Shown here piece by piece: positions 50,232 to 60,937 of a DNA stretch of 64,000 bases. Each line of letters opens with the position of its first letter. Position 1 is the first letter of the stretch. Below the pieces are notes generated by a model, which was given only the letters and a program-made list of their open reading frames with translations, had not been told where the DNA came from and searched no databases. The stretch lies in contig CBDEUK010000002.1 in assembly GCA_965243205.1 (NCBI GenBank), positions 1,235,689-1,299,688 of the forward strand. The letters are read 5' to 3'. This DNA comes from Gammaproteobacteria bacterium. Its GTDB lineage: Bacteria > Pseudomonadota > Gammaproteobacteria > Eutrophobiales > Eutrophobiaceae. The position numbers and the translations under genes are program-made.

Positions 50232-50558
50232 CTAATTGATTGTTTTTTTGACGGCTTGGACTAGCACCCAAGGTTTGACAACGACAGACCAAATATCTTC
50301 TTTTGATTCTGCCCAGTGCGCAGCCTGTTCATCGAAACTTCTTAAAATTTTTCCTTGTTCGATCCATTGTTCCACTTGTTGAGTATTATCTTCTGATAAG
50401 TGATAGGCCACTTTTATGAGATCGAGTTCAGGGTGAACATAAATCATCATGCCTTTGGCATAAAACAATTCAATCTCCTTCCAAACAACCTTGGCTGTTT
50501 CTGCATGGATTTTAAATTTTTCTTCGGCTTCGACTTGTTGGAGTTCTTCTTCTAGCAT
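50232..50558 (-). CDS. DUF2288-like small protein
   Basis: [26 protein letters not shown] pattern. It overlaps the lipA 3' end by 47 nt. Confidence 0.45.
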   Translation of the reverse strand: MLEEELQQVEAEEKFKIHAETAKVVWKEIELFYAKGMMIYVHPELDLIKVAYHLSEDNTQQVEQWIEQGKILRSFDEQAAHWAESKEDIWSVVVKPWVLVQAVKKTIN

Positions 50559-51594
50559 ATGTATTCTTTTTTTGTTCTGTATCTTTTTTTACAGTATTAC
50601 CTTCAGTATTTTCAATTTTTTCTGTTTTATCTTTTACTTTTCCAACTTCGGTATTACCAGCTGCTTGTAAATCAGCGTGATACGAAGAACGTACCATAGG
50701 ACCACTAGCAACATTGATAAAACCAATCTCTTTCGCATAATCTCCTAGTTCATCAAATTCTTCAGGAGAAACGAAACGTTCAACTGGCAAATGGAAACGA
50801 CTTGGCTGTAAATACTGACCTAAGGTAATACCATCGCAATTATGCGCTCTTAAATCTTGCATCACTTGTTTTACTTCTTCGATAGTTTCACCTAAGCCTA
50901 ACATCAAACCGGATTTTGTGGGTACAGTCGGATGTTGTACTTTAAACGCTTGAATCAAATTTAACGACCATTGGTAATCCGCACCCGGCCTCACTTTACG
51001 ATACAGTGAAGGAACTGACTCAAGATTATGATTAAACACATCAGGTGGTTCTTTTTCTAATGCTGCTAAAGCAGGCTCTAACCGCTTTCGAAAATCCGGA
51101 ACTAATATCTCAACGGTAATACCTGGTGATGCTTTTCGAACTTCATGTATACATTGTGCAAAATGATTCGCACCACCATCTTTTAAGTCATCTCGATCAA
51201 CTGATGTAATTACCACATATTTTAATTTCATCAATTGAATTGCTGTTGCTAGATTAACTGGTTCATCTTTATCTAATGCATTTGGTCTACCATGTGCTAC
51301 ATCACAGAACGGACAACGACGAGTACATAAATCACCCATGATCATAAAAGTTGCAGTGCCATGGCCAAAACATTCACCTAGGTTTGGGCATGCGGCTTCT
51401 TCACAGACAGTATGAAGTTTTTTTTCTCGAATTAATTGTTTAAGTTCTAAAACTTTAGGATCAGTTGGTGCTTTAGCGCGGATCCAAGTCGGCTTACGTT
51501 TTAAAGGCCCTTCAGTCGGCATAACTTTATTTGGCTTAGCCGTTTTAAGCTCGCCGCGTTGCTCGCGTGTCGGTGTATTTTCTGTATGGTTCAT
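50512..51594 (-). CDS. lipA: Lipoyl synthase with a Lys/Arg-rich C-terminal extension
   Basis: Auxiliary cluster motif [12 protein letters not shown] and radical SAM motif [10 protein letters not shown]. The C-terminal approximately 45 aa ([19 protein letters not shown]...[13 protein letters not shown]) lie beyond the usual LipA end. Confidence 0.9.
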   Translation of the reverse strand: MNHTENTPTREQRGELKTAKPNKVMPTEGPLKRKPTWIRAKAPTDPKVLELKQLIREKKLHTVCEEAACPNLGECFGHGTATFMIMGDLCTRRCPFCDVAHGRPNALDKDEPVNLATAIQLMKLKYVVITSVDRDDLKDGGANHFAQCIHEVRKASPGITVEILVPDFRKRLEPALAALEKEPPDVFNHNLESVPSLYRKVRPGADYQWSLNLIQAFKVQHPTVPTKSGLMLGLGETIEEVKQVMQDLRAHNCDGITLGQYLQPSRFHLPVERFVSPEEFDELGDYAKEIGFINVASGPMVRSSYHADLQAAGNTEVGKVKDKTEKIENTEGNTVKKDTEQKKNTYARRRTPTSRSRRKI

Positions 51595-52247
51595 GCGACG
51601 GCTAGTGAAATAGATTTTTTAATAGTACTTAAGTTTAGATCCAATTCTTCCATAATAAACGGTAAGAACTTATCAGCCACTTCTTGTACTGAATCATTAA
51701 TTGAGAATTGTTTTAACTGAGTTACTTCTAAACCTTCATAACCACATGGGTTAATACCCTTAAAAGGTGACAAATCCATATTCACATTTAAAGCTAAACC
51801 ATGGTAACAATAGCCGCGTTTAATACGTATTCCTAAAGCGGATATTTTTTTCTGATTAATATAGACACCAGGTGCGTTATCTTTTCGTTCAGCAAGTAAC
51901 CCATATTCTTTAGCAAGCAAATCGATCACTGTTTGTTCTAAACTATTTACAAAACCTTTGACAGTAAAACCAAGACGTTTCAAATCCAGTAAAAAATAGA
52001 ACACCAGTTGTCCAGGACCATGATAGGTTACTTGACCACCACGATCGGATTGTACAACGGGAATCGAATTTGTATTTAACACATGCTCTTTTTTACCGTT
52101 CAGACCTAAGGTATAAACAGGTAAATGCTCAACCATCCAAATTTGATCCGTTGAATGTTCATCTCGCTCTTGAGTAAAATCCTGCATTGCCTGAAAACAG
52201 GTTTCATAATCTTGAAGACCGAGTTGATGAATTTCGATTGGATTCAT
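51591..52247 (-). CDS. lipB: Octanoyltransferase LipB
   Basis: LipB fold (…HLPVYTLG…[12 protein letters not shown]…) with a catalytic Cys context (NPCGYEG). Confidence 0.85.
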   Translation of the reverse strand: MNPIEIHQLGLQDYETCFQAMQDFTQERDEHSTDQIWMVEHLPVYTLGLNGKKEHVLNTNSIPVVQSDRGGQVTYHGPGQLVFYFLLDLKRLGFTVKGFVNSLEQTVIDLLAKEYGLLAERKDNAPGVYINQKKISALGIRIKRGYCYHGLALNVNMDLSPFKGINPCGYEGLEVTQLKQFSINDSVQEVADKFLPFIMEELDLNLSTIKKSISLAVA

Positions 52248-52531
52248 ATCGCCATGATGACCCGTTCGTGGCCAGATAATTCAATGTAGATATTATCCAA
52301 TTGTTGTTTACTGGTTGCTTCAATCGTTACTGTAACCGAAAGATACTTTCCTCCATTACTAGAACGTGTTTTCACCGAGCCTTCCATCAAGTCAGTAACA
52401 TGATTACGAATGATGCCGACCACTAAAGAATCGAAATCATCTGAAGCCTTGCCCATTGCCTTAATCGGAAATTGGCAAGGGAATTCCATAATAGTTTCTT
52501 CTTCTGTGGATTGATTCATTTCTTCAGTCAT
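52244..52531 (-). CDS. ybeD: YbeD (UPF0250/DUF493) protein
   Basis: MEFPCQFPIKAMGKA ... matches YbeD (LEFPTPFTYKVMG). The six-frame ORF extends to 52597, so the true start is probably the ATG at 52531 or 52519. Confidence 0.75.
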   Translation of the reverse strand: MTEEMNQSTEEETIMEFPCQFPIKAMGKASDDFDSLVVGIIRNHVTDLMEGSVKTRSSNGGKYLSVTVTIEATSKQQLDNIYIELSGHERVIMAI

Positions 52532-52590
52532 ATTAACGTAGTTATCTTTAAACAAATTATTAGGCATTATAATAGCCGACTCATTAAGAC

Positions 52591-53094
52591 ATGACACTTA
52601 AATCTAATCAAACCCTGTCTGATTTAAAGGCCATCGATGCAAAGCCAGGCACACTCGAATGGATAGGCATTCGCCCTGCTCGCAAAGCTGAGCTGCAAAG
52701 CCTGAGCCAAGTAGAATTAATTGCAGATTATGGCCTAAGTGGTGACCATCGAGCCCAGAAACAAGGCTCAAAACGCCAAATTACCCTAATTCAATACGAA
52801 TATCTGGCAGTCATCGCTCAAATTCTTGGCAAAACATCGATAGATCCAATTTTACTGCGCCGTAACTGTGCCATATCAGGAATTAATGTGAATAGCTTAC
52901 GCGACCAAATTTTCACTATTGGCGATATCGTTCTAGAAGGCACAGGCTACTGTCATCCATGTTCCAGAATGGAAGAAAATTTAGGCCCAGGAGGTTATAA
53001 CGCTGTTCGAGGTCATGGTGGTATTAATGCCAAAATTTTAACCAGTGGTACCATTTCTATTGGCGATTCAGTCATTCGACAAAATAACGAATAA
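52591..53094 (+). CDS. MOSC-domain protein (YiiM-like, molybdenum-cofactor sulfurase C-terminal domain)
   Basis: MOSC beta-barrel pattern (EWIGIRPARK ... GDHRAQKQGSKRQITLI ... GENL ... IGD); 167 aa. Confidence 0.7.
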   Translation: MTLKSNQTLSDLKAIDAKPGTLEWIGIRPARKAELQSLSQVELIADYGLSGDHRAQKQGSKRQITLIQYEYLAVIAQILGKTSIDPILLRRNCAISGINVNSLRDQIFTIGDIVLEGTGYCHPCSRMEENLGPGGYNAVRGHGGINAKILTSGTISIGDSVIRQNNE

Positions 53095-53168
53095 ACCTAA
53101 TCAAATCGCCATAAACACAGCAAGCAGTTTGCTTTATAATAGCCCCATAACTATTACAAACGCTAAAG

Positions 53169-56100
53169 TTGCACGACGTTATTTTTATGAAAACACATCA
53201 AGCCATTACGAATAAAAAATTAACATTAGGCATTCCAGGTTTTACTTACGAAGATTTATATCAATCAGACAAGTTAAAACAACTCAATGAAATATTTCAT
53301 GCCGAGTTATCAAACTCAGATAAAGACCTAGCCGAACAATTTTCAAACTATGCTAACAATGAGGATGCATTTACTCCTCAGCAGGTTTCTGACTTACTAG
53401 TCAATGTTGCACCTTATATCGGTAGTTTCGTTGCAAAATTATTTGATGTAAGTGATATAAAACAAGAGCAAGCCGAAGTCATTACATCGGATATGAGCAG
53501 TGTGTTTGTATTTCGTAATGAAATTGTTGAAAAACTCAACACTAAATTCAAAAAAATCGATACCTCTGATTGGGATTTCAATTCTATTCAAGCAGATTTA
53601 GATCTTTTACAACAAGCTGCCTTTCCTGAAACCTTAGATGTTAAAGATGATGAAAAAGCAATTGCTTATATTGGAGCAAGACTTGCGAACTTAGCGGACC
53701 ATTTTTTATTACTCAAAAAAGAGAAACCCACAGATTATCCAGGTGGTGTTGCCTCTGCCGATGCCCATACTAAAAAACTACGCGACGATTTAAATAAACA
53801 TGCTGAAGCTAATACTCGATTTTCTAATGCATTAGCTTTAGAAGATGATGCAGAGTTTATTAATGAAATTGCTTATATCGTGCAATGTTGGTGTAAAGCT
53901 ACCACCTTAGAAAACAGTCCGCTTGCTGATAAAACTCTCGGTTGGCTAAGCTTTAAAGAAGTTGCTAAACGTGATTTTAATCATTTAGTACATCACGATA
54001 CTTTCGAACGTGACGGTTTTGATACCTGGGTTTGTGAAAAACATGACGCTCGAAACCGTGATGGTTTTGCATTAACTGATAAACGGTTTGATCAAAGACA
54101 TGTTCTATACGAAGTCAATCATTGTATCTATTGTCACGAACGTGATACCGACTCCTGTTCAAAAGGCATGCGCAATAAGAAAACGGAAGAGTTTAAAGTT
54201 AATCCTCTCGGTTCAGTTATCACAGGTTGTCCTTTAGGTGAAAAAATTTCTGAAATGCATGTCGTCAAAAAAGATGGTGACAACATCGGCGCATTAGCAT
54301 TGGTGGTATTGGATAATCCAATGTGTCCTGGCACTGGTCATCGTATTTGTAATGATTGTATGCGCGGTTGTATTTATCAAAAAACCGAGCCCGTCAACAT
54401 TCCACAAATCGAAACAAATGTTTTAACTGATGTATTATTCATGCCTTGGGGTTTTGAGATTTATAGTTTTCTAACCCGTTGGAACCCATTAAATATCAAA
54501 CGTCCATATGCGCTTCCTTATAATGGAAAAAATATTATGGTCGTTGGAATGGGCCCAGCAGGTTACACCTTAGCGCATTATTTATTGAATGAGGGTTTTG
54601 CTGTTGCGGGTATTGATGCTTTAAAGATAGAGCCTTTACCAACAAATTTAGTTGGCGATAAAGATACCACACCAGAACCTATCTATGACTTTAATGATAT
54701 TTACGAAGAACTCGATAAACGTTTACTTGCTGGTTTTGGTGGCGTTGCAGAATACGGTATTACTGTACGTTGGGATAAAAACTTTTTAAAAGTAATTTAT
54801 TTAACACTTGCTAGGAACAATGCATTTCGTTGTTATGGTGGTGTGCGTTTTGGCGGCACAGTGACTATAGAAGATGCTTGGCAGCTTGGTTTTGATCATA
54901 TCGCTATTGCATCTGGAGCTGGCAAACCGACAATTATCGGTCTTAAAAATAATTTAATTCGCGGCATTCGCAAAGCCTCTGACTTCTTAATGACTTTGCA
55001 ATTAACAGGTGCTGCTAAAGATAATTCTATGGCCAACTTACAAGTTCGTTTACCTGTTGGCATTATCGGTGGTGGTCTAACCGCGATTGATACTACGACT
55101 GAAGTCATGGCGTATTACCCTGTTCAAGTTGAAAAGATATTAAAACGTTACACCGTATTATCGAATGAACTTGGCGAAGAAGCTGTTCGTGCTCGTTACG
55201 ATAAAGAAGAGTTAGAAATTCTGGATGAATTTTTAGAACACGGTAAAGCTATAGCTGCCGTGCGTAAAAAAGCAGAAGCAGCAAATGAAACACCCAACTT
55301 TGAGCCTTTAATTACTGCTTGGGGTGGTGTGACTATGTTTTATCGCAAGGGTATTAAAAATTCACCAGCCTATACTCAAAATCATGAAGAAATTCATGAA
55401 GCTTTACAAGAAGGCATTCAATTAGCCGAAGGCATGAATCCTTTAGAAGCTGTGCCAGATCAATACGGCGCTTTAAAAGGCGTTAAGTTTGATAAATTAA
55501 TTGAAGAAGATGGTCGTTGGGTATCCGAATCCAATGAATTCGAAGTTCCATTAAAAAGTTTATTCGTTGCAGCAGGTACTGCACCTAATACGATTTACCA
55601 ACAAGAATATCCCGACACTTTTTCCATGGATAAAAAGTTTTTCCAACGCTATGAACCGAGTTGGAATGGTAAAGACTTACTTGAGTTAGTAGCTATGGAA
55701 GACGCTACAGAGCCTAAAATTGGTAAACCTGCACCTTTTACCTCTTATCAAAAAGATGGCAAGTTTATTAGCTTCTATGGTGATAACCACCCTGTTTATG
55801 CAGGTAATGTGGTAAAAGCTATGGCCAGCGCCAAAGATGGTTATCCATATGTTGCCCAATTATTCGAAAAAGAACTAGCAAAACTAGAGCCGAATAAACA
55901 AACTGAGCGCGATCAATCGTTAATTAATTTATTTGATTCTATTGATAGACAATTACTAGCAACAGTAGTGGAAGTTAATCGTTTAACACCAACTATTATT
56001 GAAGTAATTGTAAAAGCACCTTTGCAAGCCAAAAAATTTCATCCTGGCCAATTTTATCGCGTACAAAACTTTGAATCCTTAGCACCTACAATTGATGATA

Positions 56101-56921
56101 CGGTATTAGCAGCTGAAGGCTTAGCGTTAACAGGTGCCTGGGTAGATCAAGAACAAGGGTTAATTTCATTAATCACATTAGAGATGGGTAGCTCATCTCG
56201 TTTATGCGCTACTTGGAAAAAAGGTGATCCACTTGTGGTAATGGGTGTTACTGGTGCACCAACAGAAATTTCAAAAAATGAAACGGTTATGTTAGTTGGT
56301 GGTGGGCTTGGTAATGCCGTCCAATTCTCTATTGGCAAAGCCTTACGCGCTTTAGGTAACAAAGTCATTTATTTCGCTGGCTATAAAAACCCTACTGATA
56401 TTTTTAAAGTCAAAGATATTGAAGAAGCCTCAGATGTTATTGTTTGGGCAGTTGATCCTGCGCCTGGAGTTGAAGCGATTGAAACAACTCGACCACAAGA
56501 TAAATCCACGGTAGGAAATATTCTAGAAGCCATTGAACGCTTTGCTAAAGGTGATCTAGGTAAATCTGATATTTCTCTTAAAGACGTTGATAACATGATT
56601 GTCATCGGTTCAGACAGAATGATGGCCGCAGTTAAAGAATCTCGGCATGGAAAATTGAAAGAATATTTTAAACCAAATCATACAGCAATAGGTTCTATTA
56701 ATTCACCCATGCAATGTATGATGAAAGGTGTTTGTGCGCAGTGTTTATGCAAACATATCGATCCAGAAACCAAAGAAGAGTATTTTGTATATTCTTGTTA
56801 TAACCAGGATCAAGATTTGGATAAAGTCGATTTTGAAAATTTAAATGCTCGATTACGACAAAACAGTGTACAAGAAAAATTGTCTAATTTATGGTTGGAT
56901 AAATTACTTTCCAATCAATAG
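53169..56921 (+). CDS. Large multidomain iron-sulfur flavoprotein oxidoreductase: N-terminal unknown domain, a GltD/NfnB-like module, and a PyrK/NfnA-like FNR module
   Basis: Cys clusters (HCIYCHERDTDSC; GCPLGE; CPGTGHRICNDCMRGC) followed by two dinucleotide-binding folds (VVGMGPAGYTLA; IIGGGLTAID). Then an FNR-like RxY[ST]-type FAD motif (FYRVQNF), an NAD fold (VGGGLGNAVQF) and a terminal Cys cluster (CMMKGVCAQCLC). It is 1250 aa. Confidence 0.6.
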   Translation: MHDVIFMKTHQAITNKKLTLGIPGFTYEDLYQSDKLKQLNEIFHAELSNSDKDLAEQFSNYANNEDAFTPQQVSDLLVNVAPYIGSFVAKLFDVSDIKQEQAEVITSDMSSVFVFRNEIVEKLNTKFKKIDTSDWDFNSIQADLDLLQQAAFPETLDVKDDEKAIAYIGARLANLADHFLLLKKEKPTDYPGGVASADAHTKKLRDDLNKHAEANTRFSNALALEDDAEFINEIAYIVQCWCKATTLENSPLADKTLGWLSFKEVAKRDFNHLVHHDTFERDGFDTWVCEKHDARNRDGFALTDKRFDQRHVLYEVNHCIYCHERDTDSCSKGMRNKKTEEFKVNPLGSVITGCPLGEKISEMHVVKKDGDNIGALALVVLDNPMCPGTGHRICNDCMRGCIYQKTEPVNIPQIETNVLTDVLFMPWGFEIYSFLTRWNPLNIKRPYALPYNGKNIMVVGMGPAGYTLAHYLLNEGFAVAGIDALKIEPLPTNLVGDKDTTPEPIYDFNDIYEELDKRLLAGFGGVAEYGITVRWDKNFLKVIYLTLARNNAFRCYGGVRFGGTVTIEDAWQLGFDHIAIASGAGKPTIIGLKNNLIRGIRKASDFLMTLQLTGAAKDNSMANLQVRLPVGIIGGGLTAIDTTTEVMAYYPVQVEKILKRYTVLSNELGEEAVRARYDKEELEILDEFLEHGKAIAAVRKKAEAANETPNFEPLITAWGGVTMFYRKGIKNSPAYTQNHEEIHEALQEGIQLAEGMNPLEAVPDQYGALKGVKFDKLIEEDGRWVSESNEFEVPLKSLFVAAGTAPNTIYQQEYPDTFSMDKKFFQRYEPSWNGKDLLELVAMEDATEPKIGKPAPFTSYQKDGKFISFYGDNHPVYAGNVVKAMASAKDGYPYVAQLFEKELAKLEPNKQTERDQSLINLFDSIDRQLLATVVEVNRLTPTIIEVIVKAPLQAKKFHPGQFYRVQNFESLAPTIDDTVLAAEGLALTGAWVDQEQGLISLITLEMGSSSRLCATWKKGDPLVVMGVTGAPTEISKNETVMLVGGGLGNAVQFSIGKALRALGNKVIYFAGYKNPTDIFKVKDIEEASDVIVWAVDPAPGVEAIETTRPQDKSTVGNILEAIERFAKGDLGKSDISLKDVDNMIVIGSDRMMAAVKESRHGKLKEYFKPNHTAIGSINSPMQCMMKGVCAQCLCKHIDPETKEEYFVYSCYNQDQDLDKVDFENLNARLRQNSVQEKLSNLWLDKLLSNQ

Positions 56922-56926
56922 ATAAT

Positions 56927-57334
56927 TTATCGAATTCTATTAAGATATTTATCTAAATGAAGGTGCCTGAACACAGCTTCATTCCAAGGTTCATCGCTAA
57001 GTACATCGTGATAAGCTTTATTTAATACAAAGGCATACGCTTTATAACTTTGCTCAGATTCATCCTTAACTTCAACTAGAGTCCTATCATAAAAATACGA
57101 TTCAAATATATCAATTAAATTCAAAGATTCCTCATCGACATCGAAATAAATTAATCCATCGATTATAGTCTTCTCAGCGGTCGGAATAATTGCTGGGAAC
57201 ACATGATTTTTCACTAAATATCTTTCGTAAGAAGATAAATACACTTTTTCTGTTTTAAACGTTTTATTAGTAACTGCATACATCACTTCTGATGCGCATA
57301 AAGTACCGTATGTAAAAACATTATATAAGGACAT
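56927..57334 (-). CDS. Gamma-glutamylcyclotransferase-like (AIG2/GGCT) protein
   Basis: N-terminal VFTYGTL motif of the GGCT/AIG2 fold; 135 aa. Confidence 0.6.
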   Translation of the reverse strand: MSLYNVFTYGTLCASEVMYAVTNKTFKTEKVYLSSYERYLVKNHVFPAIIPTAEKTIIDGLIYFDVDEESLNLIDIFESYFYDRTLVEVKDESEQSYKAYAFVLNKAYHDVLSDEPWNEAVFRHLHLDKYLNRIR

Positions 57335-57410
57335 ATTTTTTCACATGTTCAACTCAACAAAATTGATAGTATACTACCTTTAAGATTTCAAAAAGTTTTG
57401 CTAGGTAAAT

Positions 57411-58415
57411 ATGAATATTGTAAATGGAGATGCTGCGGCTGGTTCTTTCAAACAAGCATTTGATATGCCAGTAGATGAACTATTAGTTTTCCGTGATGTA
57501 TTGTCAGTCGGTTCTATTCAAAAATTTAATTCTATAACTGAATGGAGAGAAACAAGGCAATTTTTTTGGAATCATATCATGAAAATTACAGGAACAGATC
57601 CGCAATATTTCACTGATTTTTCAAGAGATTTTTATATTGATTTTGAAGAGTTACTAGATTCGAAAGAAATACATTTATGGATAGGCTGTGCATTAAGCGA
57701 TCAACTATTATTGGTTTTTCTTGTCTATCTACTGCATCAACATAAAATTAATCTAAATAATTTATTTATTTATCAATACACTCAAACTAATAATTTGAAA
57801 ATCGCACATGGACTTGGAATGCTTGATCCTGAAAGGATTAAGCAAACACCAGAAAAATTCAACCTCACAGAACAACAAACCTTAGAATGTCTCAACGCAT
57901 GGGAAGCAGTCACTCATCATTCACCTGAACAATATTTAACTATTATCAATTCTGAAAACAGCTCTCTACCAATGCTTAATAGAGCATTGAAAGCGTTACT
58001 ATTTCGTTACCCAAACAGTGATAACGGCTTATCGTATATCGATGAAGTTATACTAAAAAATACAACACTACATGGACCTAAAGCCTCAAAAATTATTGGC
58101 TATACTCTTGGAGAGGATTGGCATGAAGATAGAATCCAAGGCTTGGATTTAGTTGGAGATTTATATTTATATGGTCGTCTACAAAATATGGCATCTCCTA
58201 TTTTGACTCACCCATTACTTTCGTTAAATAAGCCAAATGTATCTATGAAAGAAACAGAATTAGAAATTCTAGATTTTGGATTAGACGTATTAAACAAAAA
58301 AAAGAACTCCATTGAATTGAATGGCATTGATGACTGGGTATGCGGAGTACATTTAAACTCGTTGGAAAATTTATGGTACCGAAACGATACTGATTTAACA
58401 TTAGTAAAAAATTAG
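57411..58415 (+). CDS. DUF1835 (plus DUF3658-like) domain protein
   Basis: N-terminal NGDAAAGSFKQA ... VFRDVLSVGS pattern typical of DUF1835. Confidence 0.5.
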   Translation: MNIVNGDAAAGSFKQAFDMPVDELLVFRDVLSVGSIQKFNSITEWRETRQFFWNHIMKITGTDPQYFTDFSRDFYIDFEELLDSKEIHLWIGCALSDQLLLVFLVYLLHQHKINLNNLFIYQYTQTNNLKIAHGLGMLDPERIKQTPEKFNLTEQQTLECLNAWEAVTHHSPEQYLTIINSENSSLPMLNRALKALLFRYPNSDNGLSYIDEVILKNTTLHGPKASKIIGYTLGEDWHEDRIQGLDLVGDLYLYGRLQNMASPILTHPLLSLNKPNVSMKETELEILDFGLDVLNKKKNSIELNGIDDWVCGVHLNSLENLWYRNDTDLTLVKN

Positions 58416-58437
58416 TGTAGTTTTCCTAAAAATTTAC

Positions 58438-59379
58438 TCAAGCTAATTCTGTTATCATCTGCTGACGTAATTCTAATTCTTTAGGTACTTGTTGTAGTTT
58501 TTCAATTTTTTTTAAGCTATGTAACAAACCTTTTTGATTTGCTATTTGAATATTGAGGCCTGGCCGTGCGTTTAATTCTAACATCAAAGGCCCCAAGTTT
58601 TTATCTAGTACAATATCAACCCCTATATACTGCAAACCAACCATATCAGAACATTGCATTGCTAATTGTAAAATTTCTTCCCATTTTGGTATGGAAATAT
58701 TACTCGTAGCATAAGCTGTATCTGGATGAACATTGATATTTTTATTGTGTAAAACCCCTGATGTAGTTTTACCATTCATCAAATCAATACCTATACCCAT
58801 AGCACCTTGATGTAAATTTGCTTTACCATCAGATTCACGTGTTGGTAACCTCAACATTGCTGCAATAGGAATACCTCTAAACACTATGACTCGAATATCA
58901 GGAACACCTTGATATGTAATGTGTTCAAAAAAAGGATCAAAATTCACTCTATATTCAATAATCGCTTGATCGTTTATTCCGCTTAAACTGTACATGCCAC
59001 TCAATATGTTTGAAACATAATGCTTTAGACTTTCAATTGAAATCAAATCGCCATTTGATTTTTGAAAATAATTACCAATCTTATTTTTCACTACCATAAT
59101 CCCATTACCACCACTTCCATGAGACGGTTTAATAACAAATTCTTTTTTACTGGATATTACTTCTTCAAGATTTTTTAATTCATGTTGTGCTTGTATGACA
59201 TAATATAAAGCTGGAACTTTTATATTTTTCTCTATGGCTATTTTTTTAGTTTTAAGCTTATCATCAACCAGTGGGTATAAATTCCGAGAGTTATACCTCA
59301 TGATATAATCTGCATTACGCTGATTAATTCCAAGTAAGCCGTGATTCATTAAACGTGAAAAAGAATTTTTAAAAAACAA
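58438..59379 (-). CDS. ATP-grasp alpha-L-glutamate-ligase-related protein (RimK-related, sugar-transfer-associated ATP-grasp type)
   Basis: ATP-grasp motifs (FVIKPSHGSGGNGI; IEYRV; GVDIVLDKNLGPLMLELNARPGL). It is the 3' gene of a three-gene minus-strand cassette. Confidence 0.7.
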   Translation of the reverse strand: MFFKNSFSRLMNHGLLGINQRNADYIMRYNSRNLYPLVDDKLKTKKIAIEKNIKVPALYYVIQAQHELKNLEEVISSKKEFVIKPSHGSGGNGIMVVKNKIGNYFQKSNGDLISIESLKHYVSNILSGMYSLSGINDQAIIEYRVNFDPFFEHITYQGVPDIRVIVFRGIPIAAMLRLPTRESDGKANLHQGAMGIGIDLMNGKTTSGVLHNKNINVHPDTAYATSNISIPKWEEILQLAMQCSDMVGLQYIGVDIVLDKNLGPLMLELNARPGLNIQIANQKGLLHSLKKIEKLQQVPKELELRQQMITELA

Positions 59380-60909
59380 TTAACTATCCTTCAAAAAATC
59401 TTTGAATCGGTACAATTCCACTAAACGGTATCCTGTATAACGCCCCATCAATAAACACAATGCTAAAATAATGAGTAATAATTCAGGAAAAACAAAGAGT
59501 AGATAACTCAAATATTCATTTGTCATTACCAAATAACCAAGGCATGCCAAGATCAAACTTCCTATCCCCTGTTCAATAGCATCACGTGCTCCACTTTCTT
59601 CCCAAACAATCGACATTCTTTCTATTGTCATTGCTAAAATAACCATCGGAAACAAAGCGATAGAAATAAACCGATCGCCCTCTAAACCATTTGATACCAT
59701 GCTTACTAATAACATTAGAATAACAACAATTACTAAAATTGATGCTAATCTTGGAACAAGTAATAACATTAATTGTTCAAGGTATGAACGAATAAATAAA
59801 CCTATTACAACTATTCCACTAAAAATCAACACGCCCCAAAACAATTGGGTTTCTCGAAAAGAAATAGCAATAAGAATAGGCATAAATGTTCCGAAAGTAT
59901 TAATCCCTATAAACGTTCGAAAAAAAACAATCAGTAATGCGCCAAGTGGCAACATTAATAATAAACGTAAAACATTTTGTTCATTCACGGGTAATGAAAA
60001 TAACGTTAAATTTGATAACAATGAATGCGAAGATATATTTCGTTGATGAATAATATTGATTAATTCCTCATAACTTTTTGTCACAGAAAATTTCACATCA
60101 ATATCTTGTCCCCCAGTTAATTGATACATAGGGTCACTTCCAACCATCCATATAAAGAAATTTTTGGGCATACCTGATACAGCGGTTTTAGGATCGAATA
60201 AAGCCCACTTATTTCCATTGTATACTTGTAACATGGGGATAAGACTTAAATCATTACTAGATTTACTAATATCAACGCCCCATACCTCTCTTGCCGGAAT
60301 ACGTACACCTTTTAATACATTGATAATTTCTTTAATCCATTCACTATCGTTAGAGTATTTTTGTTTAAGCAATTTGATATTTTCATCAGTCTCACTTGCA
60401 TTTAACCTCTGTAATAGCTCGCGAGTATATGTAAATACATCTGCAGACTCGCTTCTTACATCATCAATAACTGCTTGAATAGCAGTTGCGTAAGGTTCTG
60501 GGTATTCTGGAGGTTCGGGGAAATCTGGTTTACTTAGCCATTGATCATCTTGCTGTTGAGTACTTCGAGTCAATGTCGTTCGATAATATAAACTCTCTTG
60601 TTTTCTACCTCTTCTAACAGCCCATTCAGCAATCCGATTATCTTCTCTCTTTTCTATTGCCAAGCCATAACGGCTAGAAATCATATCCTCATCAATTTTT
60701 TCAAAACCAGGAGTGTTTTTCGGGATATGAAAACTAAGTTTTACAGGCTTATTTTTTCCATTGAATGAAAGTTTAGCTTGTAGGATCCATACTTCCGTTT
60801 TCTGATTAGAGACTAAAGGAATATTAATATAGAAATGTTTATAGATAAAAATCGAAAAGCCCAAGGCCATTAAACCAAACGACCAGAATATGACTGCTTT
60901 ATTTCTCAT
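59380..60909 (-). CDS. Inactive transglutaminase-like periplasmic domain fused to 7 TM helices
   Basis: N-terminal TM, an approximately 280-aa periplasmic domain, then seven C-terminal TM helices (LLLMLPLGALLIVFF ... ILALCLLMG). It abuts the ATP-grasp gene with no gap. Confidence 0.65.
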   Translation of the reverse strand: MRNKAVIFWSFGLMALGFSIFIYKHFYINIPLVSNQKTEVWILQAKLSFNGKNKPVKLSFHIPKNTPGFEKIDEDMISSRYGLAIEKREDNRIAEWAVRRGRKQESLYYRTTLTRSTQQQDDQWLSKPDFPEPPEYPEPYATAIQAVIDDVRSESADVFTYTRELLQRLNASETDENIKLLKQKYSNDSEWIKEIINVLKGVRIPAREVWGVDISKSSNDLSLIPMLQVYNGNKWALFDPKTAVSGMPKNFFIWMVGSDPMYQLTGGQDIDVKFSVTKSYEELINIIHQRNISSHSLLSNLTLFSLPVNEQNVLRLLLMLPLGALLIVFFRTFIGINTFGTFMPILIAISFRETQLFWGVLIFSGIVVIGLFIRSYLEQLMLLLVPRLASILVIVVILMLLVSMVSNGLEGDRFISIALFPMVILAMTIERMSIVWEESGARDAIEQGIGSLILACLGYLVMTNEYLSYLLFVFPELLLIILALCLLMGRYTGYRLVELYRFKDFLKDS

Positions 60910-60937
60910 CTCTACATAGAATAATAAAATTAATAAA

